DNA of 64,000 nucleotides, from IMG/VR virus record IMGVR_UViG_3300023108_000017. One strand, given 5' to 3'. A program made the translations under genes and the position numbers. Below, one piece after another: positions 35,088 through 44,624 of the stretch. Positions within the stretch are counted from its first letter, which is position 1; every line of letters starts with the position of its first letter. This DNA is from an uncultured virus (IMG/VR IMGVR_UViG_3300023108_000017). Lineage: Duplodnaviria > Heunggongvirae > Uroviricota > Caudoviricetes. The notes under the pieces are model-generated. The model was not told the origin of the DNA. It saw nothing but the letters and a program-made list of their open reading frames with translations, and made no database searches.

Positions 35088-36636
35088 TGACAATAAAACT
35101 TGGCAACTGTTTGCAGACGGCAAAACTAAAGGTATTTTTCAGCTAGAAAGCAACCTTGGTAAATCTTGGTCAAAGAAACTTGCCCCAAGTAATATTGAAG
35201 AACTGTCTGCATTGATTGCAATCATTAGGCCGGGATGCCTCAAAGCTTATGTTGATGGCAAGTCTATGACACAGCACTTCATTGACCGTAAGCATGGTCG
35301 TGAAGAAGTAACATATTTACATGAAGCATTAGAGGAAATCCTAGCTCCCACCTATGGCGTTCTGGTCTATCAAGAGCAGTCTATGCGTATCGCCCAAAAG
35401 ATCGCTGGCTTCGATCTACAGGAGGCTGATGAGCTTCGTAAGGCAATTGGTAAAAAGAAGGCTGACCTTATGGCAAAGGTTAAGAAAAAGTTTATAGCTG
35501 GGGCTAAGAAGACTAAGATTGTAACAAAGGAAGAAGCAGAACAAATCTTTGGGTGGATTCAGGCTTCATCTCGATACGCTTTTAATAAGTCTCATAGCAT
35601 ATCATATGCCGTGTGTTCTTACTGGAGTGCTTATCAGAAAGCTCACAACCCAGAAGAGTTTTTTCTATCTTATTTGTATTACGCCAACGAGAAGCAAGAT
35701 CCACACCAAGAGATATATGAATTAGTGTCAGAAGCAAAGCTTTTTGAAATTCAAACCAAAACGCCAAGCATTGCTAATTATCAGGAAAAATTTAATACAA
35801 AAAAACATAAAATCTACTTTGGTATCAAGGATATTAAATCTCTAACTGGGAAAACCGGAGATTCTGTACTAAGCGCAATATCACAGTCAGAATTAGAACT
35901 GGATAAAAAAATAACCAAGTTTTCATGGCTGGAATTGCTGTTGTTTTTCTCTTCTCGTATTAATTCTACAGCCTTTAAAGCTCTGGCATCTATAGGTTTC
36001 TTTAGAGACTTTAATGGCAAGGTAACAAGAAATAAGGCTCTATACGATTACGAAATATACAGAGTTTTAACTCAAGCAGAAAAGAAATGGCTTGCCACTA
36101 ACTATGAAAGTAAAAAGTGGAAAAATTTTACATCCGCACTTATAGATTTAGCTCCAACAAAGAAAGAGGGTGGAGGAACTAGCAAGCAAGAAAGAAAGCA
36201 AATTATCAGCAATGAAATTAACTTGTTAGAAAATCCACCATACAGCTTGGAAGATGAACCCACTTGGTTAATTGACCAAGAAGTAAAGTTTTTGGGCTGC
36301 CCAGTAACGTTGTCGAAAATAGATGTTTCAGACACATCTGCTGCTAATACAACTTGTAAAGAAATAGTCAACGGAAAACACGGGCAAAACTTGTGCGTGG
36401 TAGCCAACATACAGCGAGTGTCAGATTATAAAATAAGCAAGGGAGACTCGAAAGGACAAACGATGTCGTTTTTAACCATAGAAGACGACACATGCGTACT
36501 AGACAGCGTGATAGCATTCCCAAAAACAAAACAAAAATATAAATACATTTTATATGAGGGAAATAATTTAATTCTATGCGGGTCTGTATCCAAAAACGAC
36601 TCGTCTTTTATTATTGAGAAAATTCACGAAGTTTAG
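35071..36636 (+). CDS. dnaE: DNA polymerase III alpha, C-terminal half (fingers, HhH, OB-fold)
   Basis: TKGIFQLES, IIRPG, TYGVLVYQEQ, ADELRKAIGKKK, YAFNKSHS..Y, IYFGIKDIK and MSFLTIED. Confidence 0.95.
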   Translation: MMMEYNDNKTWQLFADGKTKGIFQLESNLGKSWSKKLAPSNIEELSALIAIIRPGCLKAYVDGKSMTQHFIDRKHGREEVTYLHEALEEILAPTYGVLVYQEQSMRIAQKIAGFDLQEADELRKAIGKKKADLMAKVKKKFIAGAKKTKIVTKEEAEQIFGWIQASSRYAFNKSHSISYAVCSYWSAYQKAHNPEEFFLSYLYYANEKQDPHQEIYELVSEAKLFEIQTKTPSIANYQEKFNTKKHKIYFGIKDIKSLTGKTGDSVLSAISQSELELDKKITKFSWLELLLFFSSRINSTAFKALASIGFFRDFNGKVTRNKALYDYEIYRVLTQAEKKWLATNYESKKWKNFTSALIDLAPTKKEGGGTSKQERKQIISNEINLLENPPYSLEDEPTWLIDQEVKFLGCPVTLSKIDVSDTSAANTTCKEIVNGKHGQNLCVVANIQRVSDYKISKGDSKGQTMSFLTIEDDTCVLDSVIAFPKTKQKYKYILYEGNNLILCGSVSKNDSSFIIEKIHEV

Positions 36637-36683
36637 TTGTTTTTTTATGGTGTAGCAGCTAATATACTACGATAGGAGATATT

Positions 36684-37001
36684 ATGAATCACTGTTGCTT
36701 TACTGGATATTTAGTTGAAAATCCAAGGACTAATTTCGTTGGCGATGTTTTACTGTCTGAATTTGTAATGGTTGTTTATAGCTACAGAAAAACAAAAAAG
36801 ACAGGAGAAAAAAATAGAATACCAACGTACATACAATGCGAAGCGTGGCACACTGGGGCAGAAATAATAGAAAGAAATACAAGGAAGGGCAGTAAGATAA
36901 CCATTCACGCCTCTGTAAAGCACAGATCTAAAGACGATGAAGAATTAATATTTAGAGTCAACGAATTTGACATATGTAATCAAGGAGAAGAAGATTATTA
37001 A
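36684..37001 (+). CDS. second, divergent SSB-like OB-fold protein
   Basis: MN.C.FTGYL..NP, IQCEAW...AE and KGSKI pattern; AGGAG RBS. Confidence 0.75.
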   Translation: MNHCCFTGYLVENPRTNFVGDVLLSEFVMVVYSYRKTKKTGEKNRIPTYIQCEAWHTGAEIIERNTRKGSKITIHASVKHRSKDDEELIFRVNEFDICNQGEEDY

Positions 37002-37645
37002 TGATTCCAAATAATATCATCTTGACTTACAAAAACAATAAAATACCCAGCTATATAATAAGCAATATTAAAAAATTAAATCCCGAAAAGGATGTTTTAT
37101 TTTTTTCAGACGAAGATGTTATAAGGTTCTTAAAAAGAGAGTATGATCAGTCTTATGTAGATTTCTTCCATACTCTAAGAAGAGGTTGCACTAAGGGGGA
37201 TTTTTTCAGGTACTGCTATCTTCTTAAAAGAGGTGGATATTACTGCGATATTGATATTGAACACAAAGTGCCGATTTCCTCATATGTCATAAAAGACTTA
37301 AATTTTTTTAGTGTGATATCTGCTATTGGTCCTATGATTTTTCAGGCATTGTTGTATACCGAAAAGGACAATGAGATTGTTTATGAGTGCATTAAAGACA
37401 TAATGAAGCCAGAAACCGCACAGCATGAATTTTATTACACGACAGAAGACATGTATAAAAATGTAAGCAAACTCATGAATAAACAAGAATTGAGAATGGG
37501 TCAGTATCAAGCAGGCAACATAAATATACAGCTAGCGCAAGAAGTAAGCCTTGGCAGTAAATATGCTTGCATTTACCAAGGGAGGGTAATAGCTATGTCA
37601 AGATATGAAAATTACACAAGAGGATTGGGATTTTTAACAAAATGA
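37001..37645 (+). CDS. GT32/OCH1-like DXD glycosyltransferase
   Basis: MIPNNI..TY, LNPE, DFFRYCYL..RGGYYCDID. Confidence 0.9.
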   Translation: MIPNNIILTYKNNKIPSYIISNIKKLNPEKDVLFFSDEDVIRFLKREYDQSYVDFFHTLRRGCTKGDFFRYCYLLKRGGYYCDIDIEHKVPISSYVIKDLNFFSVISAIGPMIFQALLYTEKDNEIVYECIKDIMKPETAQHEFYYTTEDMYKNVSKLMNKQELRMGQYQAGNINIQLAQEVSLGSKYACIYQGRVIAMSRYENYTRGLGFLTK

Positions 37646-39300
37646 GAAAAACTAGGATATTATTCTGTTCTGAAGCTACATTTCTTAATACTGGGTATGC
37701 CACCTATACGAGGGAAATACTTAAATATTTGTATAGTACTGGCAAATATGAAATAGCAGAATTAGCTGCTTACGGTATGGACAAAGATCCAAGATCAAAA
37801 GCTCCTTGGAAGTTTTTTGGTGTTATGCCAGACCCTTCGAATCAAGAACTAACCAAGCTATACAAAGGTAATCCCAAGAGTCAGTTTGGAGGCTTTGCTT
37901 TTGAGAGGGTATGTCTAGAATTCTTGCCCGACATTGTGTGTGATATTAGAGATTTTTGGATGACAGACTTTGTTTATAATTCCCCTTTTAGAAAATTCTT
38001 TAAGTGGGCATTAATGCCAACGGTGGACGCATACCCACAAGCAAAAGAGTGGATTAGTATGTATAGTACGGCAGATGCCTGCCTCAGTTATTCAGACTGG
38101 TCTGGAGAAGTGCTTAAAAAGCAGTCAAGAAATAAAATAAATTACATAGGAACCGCACCCCCTTCGGCAGACTTGTCGTATGAGCCAATAGAAAACAAAG
38201 AGTCCTTAAGGGAAAGCTTGGGTATCGATCCTAATATCAAAATTATTGGAACGGTAATGAGAAACCAAAGAAGAAAACTTTATCCAGATCTTTTTAAGGC
38301 TTTTAGAAAGTTTTTAGACTCATCAAGCAACCCTAATGAATATAAGCTATATTGCCACACCAGCTATCCAGACGCTGGGTGGGATTTGCCAGAGATATTA
38401 TCAGAGCATTCTCTGCACTCATACGTTTTATTTACATACGTATGTCTAGAAACTGGTAGATTTTTTGCCTCACACTTTAATGGGGCAGTAACCAGATCTC
38501 CATTTACTGGTAAATTTTCCGCTAAACTGTCTAATGTTAAAAACGGACTATCTTATCCCGATTTAGCAAAAATTATGAATTGTTTTGATTTATATGTTCA
38601 ATATGCAAACTCAGAGGGTTTTGGATTACCACAGGTAGAAGCAGCTTCGTGTGGAATCCCCGTTATGAGTATAGACTACTCGGCTATGTCCAGCGTTATT
38701 AAAAAACTAAATGGGTACGCTATACCTTATAAGTCTCTTTATAAAGAAATGGAAACTGGATGTGAAAGAGCAGTGCCAGACAATGATGCTGCTGCTAAAA
38801 TGTTTTCTGAATTTTTCTCAAAACCATTAGCTATGAGAAAGAAAGAAGGATTTGAAACACGGCAAAACTTTTTGAAGTATTTCCAATGGGACATAAGCGG
38901 TAAGGTTTGGGAATCATATTTTGACTCAGTTGAAACTTTAAGTCTGGAAAAATCTTGGAAATCTCCAGCAGATATACAAAAGCCAGCACATAAAATTCCA
39001 GAAGAGCTTAACAACGTCTCATACCCAGATGTGGTAAACTGGCTTTTTGATAAAGCTTTATGCAAGCCACAAGACAAATACAATTACGAATATGACAGTA
39101 TCTTAAATAATCTTACATATGGATTTAGTACATCGCCAATTATAGGTTCTTTTTTTAATGAAGATGATTCAGTTGTATCTCTATCTAAAAAAATTGAAAA
39201 TCAACCGTTCACAATAAAATACGCACACGAACAACTGGTGAACAAAAGAAACAATATAAATCTATGGGAAGCAAAGAGGGCAGAGGTTTTTAATCTATGA
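37642..39300 (+). CDS. GT-B (GT4-like) glycosyltransferase
   Basis: TGYA, VMRNQRRK and DLYVQYANSEGFGLPQVEAASCGIPV. Confidence 0.9.
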   Translation: MRKTRILFCSEATFLNTGYATYTREILKYLYSTGKYEIAELAAYGMDKDPRSKAPWKFFGVMPDPSNQELTKLYKGNPKSQFGGFAFERVCLEFLPDIVCDIRDFWMTDFVYNSPFRKFFKWALMPTVDAYPQAKEWISMYSTADACLSYSDWSGEVLKKQSRNKINYIGTAPPSADLSYEPIENKESLRESLGIDPNIKIIGTVMRNQRRKLYPDLFKAFRKFLDSSSNPNEYKLYCHTSYPDAGWDLPEILSEHSLHSYVLFTYVCLETGRFFASHFNGAVTRSPFTGKFSAKLSNVKNGLSYPDLAKIMNCFDLYVQYANSEGFGLPQVEAASCGIPVMSIDYSAMSSVIKKLNGYAIPYKSLYKEMETGCERAVPDNDAAAKMFSEFFSKPLAMRKKEGFETRQNFLKYFQWDISGKVWESYFDSVETLSLEKSWKSPADIQKPAHKIPEELNNVSYPDVVNWLFDKALCKPQDKYNYEYDSILNNLTYGFSTSPIIGSFFNEDDSVVSLSKKIENQPFTIKYAHEQLVNKRNNINLWEAKRAEVFNL

Positions 39301-40415
39301 AAGTATTATACATAGGCCACTACAAGGAAGGAACTGGATGGGCTAAGTCAGCAGAAAGAATTATTCTTTCGATGACTAAAGCCGGAATAGATGTTGTGTG
39401 TAGAAACATTACTCTTACCAGAGATAACCCAATTCCAGAATGGCTATCGGAACTAGAGCAAAAGGAAGAGCAGGATATCGACATTTGTATCCAACACGTT
39501 TTGCCGCACATGCTTGTTGGAACAAATAGATTTAAGAAAAACATAGCTTATACTATGTTTGAATCTAACAACATACAAGATAATATTTGGATTAACTATC
39601 TTGAGATAATGGACGAAGTGTGGGTTCCGTGCAGTGAAAACAAAACAGATTTAATAAACGCTGGAATCAAAAACGTTAAAGTTGTACCAATACCTTGCGA
39701 TACAGAAGCTATTAAGCAAGAAAACAAAATGGAAGTAAATTTTGACAGATATAACGCAACTTCTTCTTATAAGTTTTATGCAATATCTGATTTAACTAAA
39801 AGAAAAAATATAGAATCACTAATCAAATGTTATTACAGCGCATTTGGCCCAGAGGAAAATGTAAGTTTAATATTAAAGGTTGGTAAATTCGGGTTTGATT
39901 CAAGGCAGATATTTCAGCACATGGAAAAAATGTGCAAAAAAATAAGAGAAGATTTAGCGATTTATAAGGATCACGATAGTTATGGAGATATAATAATCAT
40001 TGCAGAACGATTTTCTGAAAATGAGATAAAAAATCTACATCAACTTTGCGATTGTTTTGTAAATCTTTCTCACGGAGAGGCTTGGTCGATACCTTCGTTC
40101 GACGCGATGAGTTATGGAAACCACCCCATATGCACAAAATGGGGAGGGCCATGTGATTATATTTTAGAAGACAATAAAGATACGGGATATTTAATAGAAA
40201 GATCCCAAGAAATTTGCTCTAACGAGGGCGCTGCGTTTGAACACATATTCACAGGAAACGAATATTGGGCAAGACCAGACGAAAGAATGGCAGTAGAAGC
40301 TATGCGATTTTACTTTAAACAAAATAAACCAAAAAACAAAGATGGATATAAGCAGGCTTTAAATTTTAATTTACAAACGGTTGGCGAAAAGATAAAGGAA
40401 ATTATTAATGAATAA
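39297..40415 (+). CDS. GT-B (GT4-like) glycosyltransferase
   Basis: TGWA, DEVWVPC, RKNIE and DCFVNLSHGEAWSIPSFDAMSYG. Confidence 0.88.
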   Translation: MKVLYIGHYKEGTGWAKSAERIILSMTKAGIDVVCRNITLTRDNPIPEWLSELEQKEEQDIDICIQHVLPHMLVGTNRFKKNIAYTMFESNNIQDNIWINYLEIMDEVWVPCSENKTDLINAGIKNVKVVPIPCDTEAIKQENKMEVNFDRYNATSSYKFYAISDLTKRKNIESLIKCYYSAFGPEENVSLILKVGKFGFDSRQIFQHMEKMCKKIREDLAIYKDHDSYGDIIIIAERFSENEIKNLHQLCDCFVNLSHGEAWSIPSFDAMSYGNHPICTKWGGPCDYILEDNKDTGYLIERSQEICSNEGAAFEHIFTGNEYWARPDERMAVEAMRFYFKQNKPKNKDGYKQALNFNLQTVGEKIKEIINE

Positions 40416-41394
40416 AGTAAAGGAAGTTATAGAAAAAGCCAACAATACAAACAATAATAGAAAGCTAAATATACTTACTTTTCCCACACACGAAAGGTAC
40501 GAAACCCAGCTTTGTAAGACTGGGCATAATTTTTATGCAGTAAACGCTAGAGGGGGAAAGAAATGGAAAAAAGAATACGCAAGCATACCAGAAAACTACC
40601 TGATAATGCCAGAGGACAAGCTATTATCATACTTAAGCTTTGATTTAATATTGGCCCAGAGTAGATTTGATCAATTTAGCATTGCTTATAAGCTGAGAGA
40701 TATTTTAAAGATACCACTTATTTCTCTAGAACACACAACGCCCACGCCCAACCTTGTGGCAAATGGGCAAATAAATGCTATGAGAGCAATGGTTGGAGAT
40801 ATTAATGTTTTTATTTCGGAATATTCCAGATCTGAATGGGGAATTGTATATAACTCAACGGTAATTAAACACTCTGTCGATACAATGGTGTTTGACAATA
40901 AAAAACAAAGCAGAGAAAATAAAGTATTAACAGTTGCTAACGACTTTATAAATAGGGATTACTGCTTGAATTTCACGGGGTGGAAGAGCATAGTAGAAGG
41001 CTTAGATTTCACATTGGTTGGAGATAATCCGGGCTTATCAGAACCAACAGAGTCGGTTGAGCAGTTGGTTAGTATTTATAATTCTCACTCTGTGTTTTTA
41101 AACTCTTCAACTTTTAGCCCCATACCAAAATCAGTATTAGAAGCAATGTCCTGTGGGTGCGCAGTAGTATCAAAAGCAACGTGCATGATACCAGAAGTTG
41201 TTACTCATGGTGTAGAAGGTTTTATCTCTAATGATGAAAAAGAGTTAAAAAAATATACTCAGCAACTTTTAGACAATCCAGAATTGGCGAGAAAAATGGG
41301 CGACAACGCAAGAAAGAAAATATTAGCTGATTTTAGAGAAGATGTCTTCTTAGAAAACTGGAACAAGACCTTTGAAGCAACACGGAGTTTATAA
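40408..41394 (+). CDS. GT-B (GT4-like) glycosyltransferase
   Basis: VFLNSS..SPIPKSVLEAMSCGCAVV...PEVVTHGVEG...MGDNARK. Confidence 0.88.
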   Translation: MNKVKEVIEKANNTNNNRKLNILTFPTHERYETQLCKTGHNFYAVNARGGKKWKKEYASIPENYLIMPEDKLLSYLSFDLILAQSRFDQFSIAYKLRDILKIPLISLEHTTPTPNLVANGQINAMRAMVGDINVFISEYSRSEWGIVYNSTVIKHSVDTMVFDNKKQSRENKVLTVANDFINRDYCLNFTGWKSIVEGLDFTLVGDNPGLSEPTESVEQLVSIYNSHSVFLNSSTFSPIPKSVLEAMSCGCAVVSKATCMIPEVVTHGVEGFISNDEKELKKYTQQLLDNPELARKMGDNARKKILADFREDVFLENWNKTFEATRSL

Positions 41395-41395
41395 A

Positions 41396-41815
41396 ATGAA
41401 ATTGCAGATATATAGCAAAGAAAACAGTAGTAGTATAATAGAAAACATACAAACTATAGAGATGAAAGAAATATCTGAAGATCTACTTCCAAATGATTCT
41501 GTTATGCAGATAATTGTTGAAGACGCTCTTTCCTATGCAGATAATGATGATTTCATGAAGTGTTTGGGCTTTTGTGCTAAAAAGCTCAGGCTTGGTGGAG
41601 AATGTTTCATACAAGATATCGACATTGACCTTCTTTGTAAAAATACAATAAGGAATAGAGATACAGATTATTTTAACAGGGCAATAAAAAACAAGATCAA
41701 TGTTCATCCAGCTATTTTAGTTAAAAAAGTTATGACAGAAATGAATTTAATTTGCAGCACATTAGAGTTTTCATCTTCTGAGAGTAAGTACAATATTAAG
41801 TTTACGAAACAATGA
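41396..41815 (+). CDS. degenerate SAM-methyltransferase-like protein
   Basis: DSV.QI...DALSY...KKLRLGG.CFI matches the C-terminal part of class I MTases; no GxG motif. Confidence 0.5.
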   Translation: MKLQIYSKENSSSIIENIQTIEMKEISEDLLPNDSVMQIIVEDALSYADNDDFMKCLGFCAKKLRLGGECFIQDIDIDLLCKNTIRNRDTDYFNRAIKNKINVHPAILVKKVMTEMNLICSTLEFSSSESKYNIKFTKQ

Positions 41816-42540
41816 GCATACAATATATTACATCAAAAAGTAAAAAGAAAAAAAGACCAAAGGGAAAAATAACCGTAATATTGGTCTATCATTCTTTTAT
41901 ACCAAAGATGAAGTCGTTTGGGAACGCGGCTTTTATTCCAATAGGAAAAAACAACCAGAGAGTTATAGATTACCAAATACAGTCGATAAAGAAAGTGATA
42001 GAAGATTTTGAAATAATTATTGTGTCGGGATATGACTCCAAAAGAATTAGAAAGTATGTATACAGTAAGTATAAAAATGTTGACATCAGATGCGTTGAAA
42101 ACATTAATTACGAAAATTCTGGAATATGTGAATCAATTAGATTGGCCATAAATAATACAAACAATAGGCGCGCGCTAATAGTAAACGGCAATTATATAGT
42201 GGGGCCAAAAGATCTTGAGGGGCTATTAAGAGAAAGAAAGCACATAGTTATATCTAACGATAGAACCTTAGACATAAAAGTAAATTTAAATCAAGAAACA
42301 CAAACTATAGAACACCTGTCATTTGGAAGCTTTGGAGACGGATGGTGTGAAGTTTTAAGCATAGAAGAATCCAGCATTAATGATTTCAATAAGATAATAA
42401 ATTCTGGCAATTTTAACAATAAAATATTCTATGAGGTTATCAATCATATGATTAAAAAAGGAATAAAAATATTACCCTACCAAGGCTGTGAATCAATAAT
42501 TAAATTGAGCAACGCCATACAGGAAGAGGTGCAAAAGTGA
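41812..42540 (+). CDS. nucleotidyltransferase-fold protein (LicC/sugar-phosphate NTP transferase-like)
   Basis: MKSFG...I, VIDYQI, EIIIVSGY and VEN.NYE.S..CESIRLA; the canonical LAAG motif is degenerate. Confidence 0.7.
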   Translation: MSIQYITSKSKKKKRPKGKITVILVYHSFIPKMKSFGNAAFIPIGKNNQRVIDYQIQSIKKVIEDFEIIIVSGYDSKRIRKYVYSKYKNVDIRCVENINYENSGICESIRLAINNTNNRRALIVNGNYIVGPKDLEGLLRERKHIVISNDRTLDIKVNLNQETQTIEHLSFGSFGDGWCEVLSIEESSINDFNKIINSGNFNNKIFYEVINHMIKKGIKILPYQGCESIIKLSNAIQEEVQK

Positions 42541-43409
42541 ACTTTGCAATATTTAACTATAGCACAAAAGATTCTTCTCAGCCAATTTATTTACACGAAG
42601 AAATTAATAAGATTCCAAATTGTAAATGTATAATGATAAATGGTGGGACTGAAAACTTGTACCATGTTTATGACCGAACATTGCCTGATATTGTAATTAT
42701 GAATATTGGAACTGACTTGAGAAGTGTAATACACTACAATCAAAATTCTGAAAAAAAAGTTAAGCACATAATAAACATCGACCTAGTTGAAGCAAAGCAT
42801 ATGCCAATAATTAAAGAAATACTAAAGCAAAAGGATATAAATTGCCCGTTGGTATTCAGCTCAAACATAAAGCACAAGCAAGAAAATTTTGGAATACCGT
42901 ATGAGCATGTTTTACAGTGTGCTAATGATAAAATTGAAAGCGCTAGCGTGGATTTCAAGATAGACAAAGCCATAGTCATTAATAAAAAAGAAGACAAGAA
43001 AGAATATTCCGGTTCTTATCATTTCCTTTCAAGTTCTACAGAGAACGTTGGGGCAGATTCAAACTTAAACCCGTTCTCTATGGCTGGTATTTTGCACAAT
43101 TATAACGAAATTATTTTCAGGAACATTAAGCCTAATTTGATTCCAGAAACTTTTTTTAATGCAATCAGGCTATCTCGTTCAAAAGTTTATTTTGATAACG
43201 ACAGCAAAGAAGAAGCCAATGTTCTGCAATCGTCATTATCAAAAATGCTAGATGAAGAAACAATGTTTGATTTTAATAAAGAAAAGATATATAATCAAGA
43301 AAAAGTACGCTTGAAGATAGAAGACAAACACAAGCCAAGCAATAGACTGAAGCAAATTTTTTCACAAATAAAAGAAACGCATATTTTTCTGGAAGGTATG
43401 GAGAAATGA
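42537..43409 (+). CDS. hypothetical protein in glycosylation locus
   Basis: ORF track; alternating alpha/beta pattern (PDIVIMN). Confidence 0.65.
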   Translation: MNFAIFNYSTKDSSQPIYLHEEINKIPNCKCIMINGGTENLYHVYDRTLPDIVIMNIGTDLRSVIHYNQNSEKKVKHIINIDLVEAKHMPIIKEILKQKDINCPLVFSSNIKHKQENFGIPYEHVLQCANDKIESASVDFKIDKAIVINKKEDKKEYSGSYHFLSSSTENVGADSNLNPFSMAGILHNYNEIIFRNIKPNLIPETFFNAIRLSRSKVYFDNDSKEEANVLQSSLSKMLDEETMFDFNKEKIYNQEKVRLKIEDKHKPSNRLKQIFSQIKETHIFLEGMEK

Positions 43410-43410
43410 T

Positions 43411-43848
43411 ATGAATAAAAATGTTGGAATATGTGTAGACATGCAATCGGAATCACAACGGCTGCTAGCAAAACAAGTGTGTGATTATCTTCAGGAAAAA
43501 ACAAATATGAACCCCGTGATATTCTATGATCCATCCGGTCCCGTGTCTTTTGATTTTAAGACATCCGTTTTAAATGTAGAACAGCTGTGGGGGTTTTGTG
43601 GAATTGTTTTAAACACATCGCTTAAGATGATTGCGAGAGTTGCAAACAAAACATCTGAAATAAAATCTTATTATGTACCAACTACAGACGATCACATAGA
43701 TCCAGTTTTTGTTATGAGTATCAACGATGACTTTACGATATTAGCACAGAGTGGAGAAATAGAAGAAACGCTAAAAAGAATTATTGGGGATAATCTAAAA
43801 ATTAAAGTGTTTGACGGTGTGGAGAATTTAGTAAGGAGTTTGACATGA
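43411..43848 (+). CDS. hypothetical protein in glycosylation locus
   Basis: ORF track; GGAG RBS. Confidence 0.65.
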   Translation: MNKNVGICVDMQSESQRLLAKQVCDYLQEKTNMNPVIFYDPSGPVSFDFKTSVLNVEQLWGFCGIVLNTSLKMIARVANKTSEIKSYYVPTTDDHIDPVFVMSINDDFTILAQSGEIEETLKRIIGDNLKIKVFDGVENLVRSLT

Positions 43849-44612
43849 ACGAAACTCAAATAGTAAAATTGTATGAAAAAGAAAATAAAAGCACATATGA
43901 AATAGCAGACATTATGAATACCTATCCAAATAAAATAAGAAGAATACTGATCAAGAATAAAGTAGATCTTAAAAGTAAGAGTGAAGCACAGAGAAACGCA
44001 CTGCAAACAGGCAAGGCAAAAATACCTACAGAAGGAAGAAAGAGAAGTAAAGAAGAAAGATTAAAAATAAGCAAGTCACAAAAAAATCAGTGGAACAAAA
44101 TGACAAAAGATAAATATAATTCTCATGTGCAAAGGGCTAAAAATAGATGGAAGAATATGCCACAAGAAGACAAGGAAAACATGAGAAGGTTAGCCATTAA
44201 GGCTATACAGAATGCTGGCAAGGAAGGATCTAAGCTGGAAAAATTTTTGAAAAACGAATTCACGAAACTGGGCCACACTGTGGAAATTCACAAGAAGAAT
44301 CTTGTACCCAACCAAAATCTTGAGATCGATATGTTTTTCCCAAAGATTAAGGCTATCATAGAGATAGATGGGCCTTCTCATTTCATGCCAATATGGGGAG
44401 AAGAAAAGCTACAAAAGCAAATTAAGGCAGACAGCAACAAAACAGGGTTGATTTTGAGCAAAGGATTTGTTATAATTAGAGTCAAGCATATGTCAGACTC
44501 TTTGTCCCTGACGGAAAAAGAAGATCTGAAGAACAAAATTGCTAATATTTTAGACAATATCGAGTCTAAATTCCCACCAAAAAGCAAGAGATATATTGAA
44601 ATTGAAGCATAA
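43845..44612 (+). CDS. putative homing endonuclease (HTH, basic helical repeats, Vsr/DUF559-like nuclease)
   Basis: STYEIADIMNTYPNKIRRIL; RSKEERLKISKS; SKLE...EIDMF...IIEIDGPSH...D..K. Confidence 0.75.
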   Translation: MNETQIVKLYEKENKSTYEIADIMNTYPNKIRRILIKNKVDLKSKSEAQRNALQTGKAKIPTEGRKRSKEERLKISKSQKNQWNKMTKDKYNSHVQRAKNRWKNMPQEDKENMRRLAIKAIQNAGKEGSKLEKFLKNEFTKLGHTVEIHKKNLVPNQNLEIDMFFPKIKAIIEIDGPSHFMPIWGEEKLQKQIKADSNKTGLILSKGFVIIRVKHMSDSLSLTEKEDLKNKIANILDNIESKFPPKSKRYIEIEA

Positions 44613-44624
44613 ATGGAGGATTAA

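Noticed and set aside
33800..35150. Split intein or group I intron joining the dnaE halves
   Set aside because: No intein block motifs at either end, and the interval is fully occupied by overlapping ORFs with no room for a structured intron.
36637..36668. sigma70 promoter before ssb2 (TTGTTT...TAATAT/TATACT)
   Set aside because: The -35 match is weak and the spacing ambiguous in a T-rich gap; not enough support to annotate.
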